A DNA stretch of 12,138 nt, taken from Promethearchaeota archaeon. GTDB lineage: Archaea > Asgardarchaeota > Lokiarchaeia > Sigyniarchaeales > SOKP01. The DNA is taken from the NCBI GenBank assembly GCA_016839765.1, contig JAEOTP010000054.1, positions 1 to 12,138 on the forward strand, written 5' to 3'. Within the stretch, counting starts at the first letter, position 1, and every line of letters starts with the position of its first letter. Shown here in pieces: positions 7,587 through 12,138 of the stretch. The notes under the pieces were generated by a model. It had not been told where the DNA came from. It did not search any database and saw only the letters and a program-made list of their open reading frames with translations. The position numbers were made by a program, and so were the translations under genes.

Positions 7587-8351
7587 ATGAAAATTATATT
7601 GACCTTTGATATTGAAAGGGATATTCCAAATAATTTAAATACTTTTTTTGGGGTAAAAGTTGGCCTATTGAAAATATTAAAACTTTTAGATAATTTTAAT
7701 GTTAATGCAACTTTTTTTTGTACGGGACATGTTGCTAAATATCTACCAGATTACATAAGATTAGTTGAGCGTAAGGGTCATGAGATTGCTTGTCATGGTT
7801 TAAGTCATGAACGATTAAACCATTTAGGGTTTAAAAAATGCCAAGCAATAATTTCTCAAAATAAAAAAATAATAGAGAATACATGCCAAAATTCAGAAAT
7901 TTTTGGGTTTCGTTCACCATATTTAAATCCTCCAAAATACTTATTCAAGGTATTAAATAATTTGGGATTTAAATATGATTCATCAATTAAATCTCAGAAA
8001 AATGTGAAATTTTATCAAAAATATAATGATGGAATTCAAGAATATCCTCCCTCGAATTATAATATATCTCTTAGAATTTGTATAAATTATTCTTTTTTAT
8101 TAAAATTGATGTTTAAAAAGGAAGTAATTATCTTATGTTTTCATCCTATAGAATGGATAAATATGAAAGAAGTGTTACGCAATCAAATGAGCGGTTTTAA
8201 TTTATTTCTCAATCTTTCTTATAGACCAGATCGTTGGTTAAATACAGGAGATAAATTTAACACCAAAATTCATAATTTTATCAAAGACTCTCTTTCTAAA
8301 AAAGCCGAGTTTCTCACTTTAAAACAATTATATTTTCAAGACAGTCGTTAG
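7587..8351 (+). CDS. Polysaccharide deacetylase family protein (carbohydrate esterase 4, NodB-homology)
   Basis: Motif 1 LTFDIE, ATFFCTG, metal-binding motif 2 GHEIACHGLSH, motif 3 GFRSPY, YDSS and motif 5 LCFHPIE. No signal peptide is evident. Confidence 0.92.
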   Translation: MKIILTFDIERDIPNNLNTFFGVKVGLLKILKLLDNFNVNATFFCTGHVAKYLPDYIRLVERKGHEIACHGLSHERLNHLGFKKCQAIISQNKKIIENTCQNSEIFGFRSPYLNPPKYLFKVLNNLGFKYDSSIKSQKNVKFYQKYNDGIQEYPPSNYNISLRICINYSFLLKLMFKKEVIILCFHPIEWINMKEVLRNQMSGFNLFLNLSYRPDRWLNTGDKFNTKIHNFIKDSLSKKAEFLTLKQLYFQDSR

Positions 8352-8372
8352 GATCTAATTTTAAAAAAATAT

Positions 8373-9653
8373 ATGAGAAACGTATTATTTCTTCTTTTAA
8401 TAATAATAAGGTATAAAATTGTGCCAATCTCGAAGAAATTTTCTAAACATCAAACCAAAAATTCAATAATTAATTATCGCGTTTGGCCATTATTTTTGCT
8501 TTCGTTTATTCGCTTATTTTATGTTTCGATTTTTGAACGGGCTCTTCAAAACTATCTATATAGAGTCATACTTATTAGTGAGAGTACTTTAGGGATTATA
8601 TCTTCTGCTGGAGCTATAGCATATATTTTTGCCCCCATTTTGGGGCAATTTATTACCTCAAAGTTGGGAATTAGGAATTCTCTCATACTATCTTGTGTGC
8701 TTACTCCAATACTAACTGGAGCTCAAATAATATATTTTGAGCCTTGGTTTTTAATCATGTGTCGTATATTTTCAGGAATATCATTGGGAGTTTTTTGGCC
8801 AAATTGCTTTAATTTATTAAGTAAATGGCAAAAGGTAAGTAATATAGAGAAATCTAATAAAAATTTTAAACATTTTAACTTTTCATGGAATTCTGGATTT
8901 CTTCTCGGGCTTCTTGTAGGTTATACCTGGGCATTTGTTTGGAATGATTATTTTGCCATGATCGCTTCTTGTGGTATGTCATTTCTATTAATCCCGGTTA
9001 GTTTATTCTTAAAAAAAGAATTAAGTGTGTCTTTATCAAATCAAGAGCCACATATTCAAGTAGATTCTACGATTTCTCATATAGAAATAAAAGAGAATAC
9101 CCCAATGATTATTTATCCAATACTATTCTCATGGATTGGAATAATTTTTTTGGCAATCGCTAAAGCAAATTTTCTCTTTTCATATCAAATTTTTTTAAAA
9201 GCTTCAGCAATTACCTCTACTCCAACTTATCTCGTACAATTTGGGATTCAAGCAACTCAACTAATAGGGTTAACTTGGATCAATTCCATGAAAATAAATA
9301 ATAGAAAGATGTCTGTATTAATAAGTATAATTTTTGTGATTTTATTTTCAAGCTTGATTCTCTTTTTTGACGATATTTGGTTTATATCAATAATAAGTGT
9401 GTCAACTGGTCTTTTTTTCGGATTAATTCATGGAACATCGATGAAAATTATGCTTGAACATGGAACAGCAAAAAACACATCAAAATTCTCAACTATAAAT
9501 GAAATTTTAGTAGGAATTGGTTTTGGAGTAACACCTATTATCGCCGGATACGTTGCTGAAATAAATATTTATTTTATGTTTCTATTTCTTTCATTATTGG
9601 GGATTATAGTATTAATCTTTTTAATTTACCTTTCTAGAAATGTTAAAAAATAA
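8373..9653 (+). CDS. Major facilitator superfamily transporter
   Basis: About 12 hydrophobic segments in a 6+6 arrangement with a central hydrophilic loop. Motif A-like GQFITSKLGIRNS, TM4 RIFSGISLG and C-terminal GFGVTPIIAGYVAE. The true start may be the in-frame GTG at 8421. Confidence 0.9.
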   Translation: MRNVLFLLLIIIRYKIVPISKKFSKHQTKNSIINYRVWPLFLLSFIRLFYVSIFERALQNYLYRVILISESTLGIISSAGAIAYIFAPILGQFITSKLGIRNSLILSCVLTPILTGAQIIYFEPWFLIMCRIFSGISLGVFWPNCFNLLSKWQKVSNIEKSNKNFKHFNFSWNSGFLLGLLVGYTWAFVWNDYFAMIASCGMSFLLIPVSLFLKKELSVSLSNQEPHIQVDSTISHIEIKENTPMIIYPILFSWIGIIFLAIAKANFLFSYQIFLKASAITSTPTYLVQFGIQATQLIGLTWINSMKINNRKMSVLISIIFVILFSSLILFFDDIWFISIISVSTGLFFGLIHGTSMKIMLEHGTAKNTSKFSTINEILVGIGFGVTPIIAGYVAEINIYFMFLFLSLLGIIVLIFLIYLSRNVKK

Positions 9654-9762
9654 AGTCAATATTGAAGGATTACTTGAGATATTCATCTGTATATTATTTT
9701 AATTTTTAAATGGGCACCAGATGTTCTTAATAAAAAGAATTAACAAATTTTGAGACCAAATA

Positions 9763-10617
9763 ATGCAAATCCTATTAGTTCTCTCCTATTTTGATCGCAA
9801 AATGGGCCCTTCAGTTTTTTATTCTTATCCGGAACATAAATTTAAGGAAGAAAATGCTACGGTTATAGCAAACTTAATGGATCAGGTCATATCAGAAGGT
9901 TTTTTTACTCACTCCTTTAACTCATCTTACACCCTCAATTATTATTTCGAAATTGATTCAATGTGGGCTCGTGGAAATAAAGAGTTCCTTATGATTTCAA
10001 TAATTTTTAATCAGCCACCATCTCTTGAAACTGAAAAAGCAGTTTTCAATCTCTGTATTGAATTTTCAGAATGGTTAAAAACTAAAAAGGAAATCTTTAC
10101 AGCATTTTATGAAGGAACAAACTTATACAATCAAAATTATAAAAAAGAAATTAAATATAGCATACAATTAGTTAAAAGCTGGATAAAAGAGTTTAATTCG
10201 GCGGTTCTCGATGAAATTCAGGGTAAACTTGAAGAAGAAAATATAATTTCATTATTAGAAAGAAATGATGTAATACAAGTATTAGAACTTTTAGGCATTA
10301 AACCTGTACCAATTAAAGATTTAAAAGTTTGGTATAATGAAAAATTTCCTCACAATAACTTCCACAAAATGCTAACCACTCTTTTTAGAAATCATTTAGT
10401 TTTTATACCAGATATTGGTGGAAGAAGAAAGCCCCCCTTTAAAATACAAATTAAAAAGGAAGTTAAAACAATCGCCGGTTTAATAAGTCTAAAGAATAGA
10501 TTAATCAAAAAATACTTAAAGAATAATCAAATTAAGGATAATAATATTTTAGAAAGAAATACTAAAGAGTTTCATAAGTTTCTGGAAAAAGTTTTTTCTG
10601 AAAAACAAGTTATTTGA
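9763..10617 (+). CDS. Hypothetical protein with N-terminal uDENN/longin-like domain and possible C-terminal winged-helix-like region
   Basis: The N-terminus LVLSYFDRKMGPSVFYSYP fits the F-D-x3-GP-x6-P pattern of uDENN/NPR2-type longins. It is followed by FFTHSF...NYYFEIDS..ARGNKEFLMISII and a long helix, a pattern I associate with Lokiarchaeal proteins. Confidence 0.75.
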   Translation: MQILLVLSYFDRKMGPSVFYSYPEHKFKEENATVIANLMDQVISEGFFTHSFNSSYTLNYYFEIDSMWARGNKEFLMISIIFNQPPSLETEKAVFNLCIEFSEWLKTKKEIFTAFYEGTNLYNQNYKKEIKYSIQLVKSWIKEFNSAVLDEIQGKLEEENIISLLERNDVIQVLELLGIKPVPIKDLKVWYNEKFPHNNFHKMLTTLFRNHLVFIPDIGGRRKPPFKIQIKKEVKTIAGLISLKNRLIKKYLKNNQIKDNNILERNTKEFHKFLEKVFSEKQVI

Positions 10618-10642
10618 TATTAAAACCTCTGAGCAGAAATAT

Positions 10643-11038
10643 TTATAATTTTTCTTTCTCTTTCAACTGTTTTTCTAATAGCTTAATCTCTCTGTTGATG
10701 TCTTTCATCTTACTATCCTTTTCTTTAGTAATTGACTTAAATTCTTTCTTTAAAATTCCCGTTTTATCTTTCTTCAATGAATTACATTGCTTATTTAAGT
10801 CGCTAATAAATGAATTTAACTTTTTCTTCTCTAGGTTCAATTTATCAATATTTTTATTAACTTCATCTAATCTATTTTGTCCAACTTGGAGCTTTGATTC
10901 ATACTCACTAATTTTATTATTAAATTCTTCATCAATTTTATTTTTTATATAAGTCTCTTTCTTTTTTGCTCCCTCTTCTACTTCCATTATTTTACTTGCT
11001 ATTTTGTTAATTTGATCCCTAAGCTCTTCTTCTGACAT
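10643..11038 (-). CDS. Small, highly charged coiled-coil protein of unknown function
   Basis: 131 aa, K/E-rich, with no Pro and heptad-spaced I/L throughout. It is convergent with 9763..10617, 25 bp apart. Confidence 0.8.
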   Translation of the reverse strand: MSEEELRDQINKIASKIMEVEEGAKKKETYIKNKIDEEFNNKISEYESKLQVGQNRLDEVNKNIDKLNLEKKKLNSFISDLNKQCNSLKKDKTGILKKEFKSITKEKDSKMKDINREIKLLEKQLKEKEKL

Positions 11039-11057
11039 TTCAATTTCTTGCTTTTAT

Positions 11058-11077
11058 AGTTTATTTCAAAATAAACT
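11058..11077. promoter_or_regulatory. Palindrome AGTTTATTT-CA-AAATAAACT, candidate operator in a divergent intergenic region
   Basis: Perfect 9-bp inverted arms with a 2-bp spacer, about 20 bp upstream of the start codon of the minus-strand coiled-coil gene. Confidence 0.35.
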
Positions 11078-11245
11078 TGAATAAATGAATAATATATATT
11101 TTTATTTTAAGTCTTTATATTTTAAGTTAGTTTTTGAACATTAACTTTCGTTACAACATCACAGATTCTAGGAGATTATGATAATTTTATAAATTTCAAA
11201 TTAATCTTATGTTTAATGGGGATATTAATTTAATTTGAAATTTTT

Positions 11246-12138
11246 ATGGTATATTTTCAGGTTAGTAGAGTAGGATTTAACTGCGGAATAGATAAAAAGG
11301 AATGTAATAGATATCCAGAAGGCTGCACAGAATGCATTAAAGCTCAATTTGTTAAATTTGGGTGTGATGTTAGTCAAAATATAAGAATTAACGTAATTGA
11401 TTCTGAAGAAAAAAGAAATCAGATGTTTCGAGATTTAATCTGGCAAAAATTTTTGGATGTTTTAAATATTAAACATATTTTATTGATGACTAAAGATACC
11501 GGATTACCTATAGTGGATTATCCGATTTCCGGAGCAGGAGTAGATGTTGGATTTTTAACAGGGTTCATTCAAGCAAATATCACTTTTTCAGAATCGGGAA
11601 AAGCCTCAAAAGGTAGCACTACTCAAGTATTAAATCACAAATTTTATGAATTCCAATATGAGACATTTAATATTCTGTTAAAAAACGACAATTTGATTAG
11701 ATTATGTTTAGTATTAGATAGAAAAGCTTCTAACAGTCTAAAAAATCTGGTAAGTGAATTTTTAACTGATTATGAAACAAGATATCGAGAGAAACTTGAA
11801 AAGCTTATAAAAATAGGCGTACTTGAATTTGACAATACGATTGATTTTATCATTGACACTTTTAATATAAAATTAGTATTCCCAATGGTTCTTACTCATA
11901 CATTTTTACCTAATGTTTTAGAAACGATTAATAAAAATCATATTCAAAAAGCTATAGTAGATTTTGCAAAAGAAATTTTAGCTTCGAGACAAGTCTTTTT
12001 TATCAACAATCTCCTGAATAAAGTGCAAAAAATAGTCGACATTGACGCAAGTATTATACTTTATGAAATTTATCAGCTTTTAATAAGTAAGGTAATTATT
12101 CCAACAAATATTGAAACTGCCTCAAATGAAATTAAAAA
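11246..12138 (+). CDS. Hypothetical protein: N-terminal Cys cluster + longin-like domain + possible winged helix; 3'-truncated at window edge
   Basis: Absent from the ORF track. ATG at 11246, with an in-frame TAA at 11231-11233 upstream, and open to the end of the window. Translation: MVYFQVSRVGFNCGIDKKECNRYPEGCTECIKAQF...NIKHILLMTKDTGLPIVDY...DVGFLTGFIQANITFSE...FYEFQYETFNILLKNDNLIRLCLVLDRKASNSLKNLVSEFLTDYETRY...ILYEIYQLLISKVIIP... Confidence 0.85.
   Translation, partial: MVYFQVSRVGFNCGIDKKECNRYPEGCTECIKAQFVKFGCDVSQNIRINVIDSEEKRNQMFRDLIWQKFLDVLNIKHILLMTKDTGLPIVDYPISGAGVDVGFLTGFIQANITFSESGKASKGSTTQVLNHKFYEFQYETFNILLKNDNLIRLCLVLDRKASNSLKNLVSEFLTDYETRYREKLEKLIKIGVLEFDNTIDFIIDTFNIKLVFPMVLTHTFLPNVLETINKNHIQKAIVDFAKEILASRQVFFINNLLNKVQKIVDIDASIILYEIYQLLISKVIIPTNIETASNEIK

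Noticed and set aside
9656-9665. 10-bp palindrome TCAATATTGA after the MFS stop codon
   Set aside because: Too short and AT-rich to support a terminator or operator call.
10614-10952. 112-aa F/S/L-rich plus-strand ORF
   Set aside because: It is the antisense mirror of the K/E-rich coiled-coil gene.
10643-11038. Assignment of the coiled-coil protein as ESCRT-III, prefoldin or an ATPase stalk subunit
   Set aside because: Only generic coiled-coil character is visible, with no family-specific motif or supporting gene context.

Overview
This is a very AT-rich, gene-dense prokaryotic window. It is most consistent with an Asgard archaeon (Lokiarchaeia/Promethearchaeia-like); that is inferred from two longin/uDENN-like proteins at the right end, not from a marker gene. 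Bases 1-9653 hold a compact, mixed-orientation cluster of tailoring enzymes. In order these are: the 3' end of a LuxE-like acyl-protein synthetase (missed in part by the ORF track), a membrane-anchored GT2 glycosyltransferase, a radical SAM enzyme with a twitch/SPASM-like tail, an alpha/beta hydrolase, a membrane-fused hexapeptide-repeat acyltransferase, a second GT2, a cobalamin-binding radical SAM enzyme, a CE4 deacetylase and an MFS transporter. A small opposite-strand PH-fold-like gene with its own terminator interrupts the cluster. Bases 9763-12138 encode a uDENN/longin-like protein, a short coiled-coil protein and a 3'-truncated Cys-cluster + longin-like protein that is absent from the ORF track. 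The best candidate for an undescribed system is the cluster itself: a possible pathway for an acylated, radical-SAM-modified aminosugar glycoconjugate or glycolipid headgroup. I saw no RNA genes, CRISPR arrays or mobile elements. All family calls come from motif recognition by eye.
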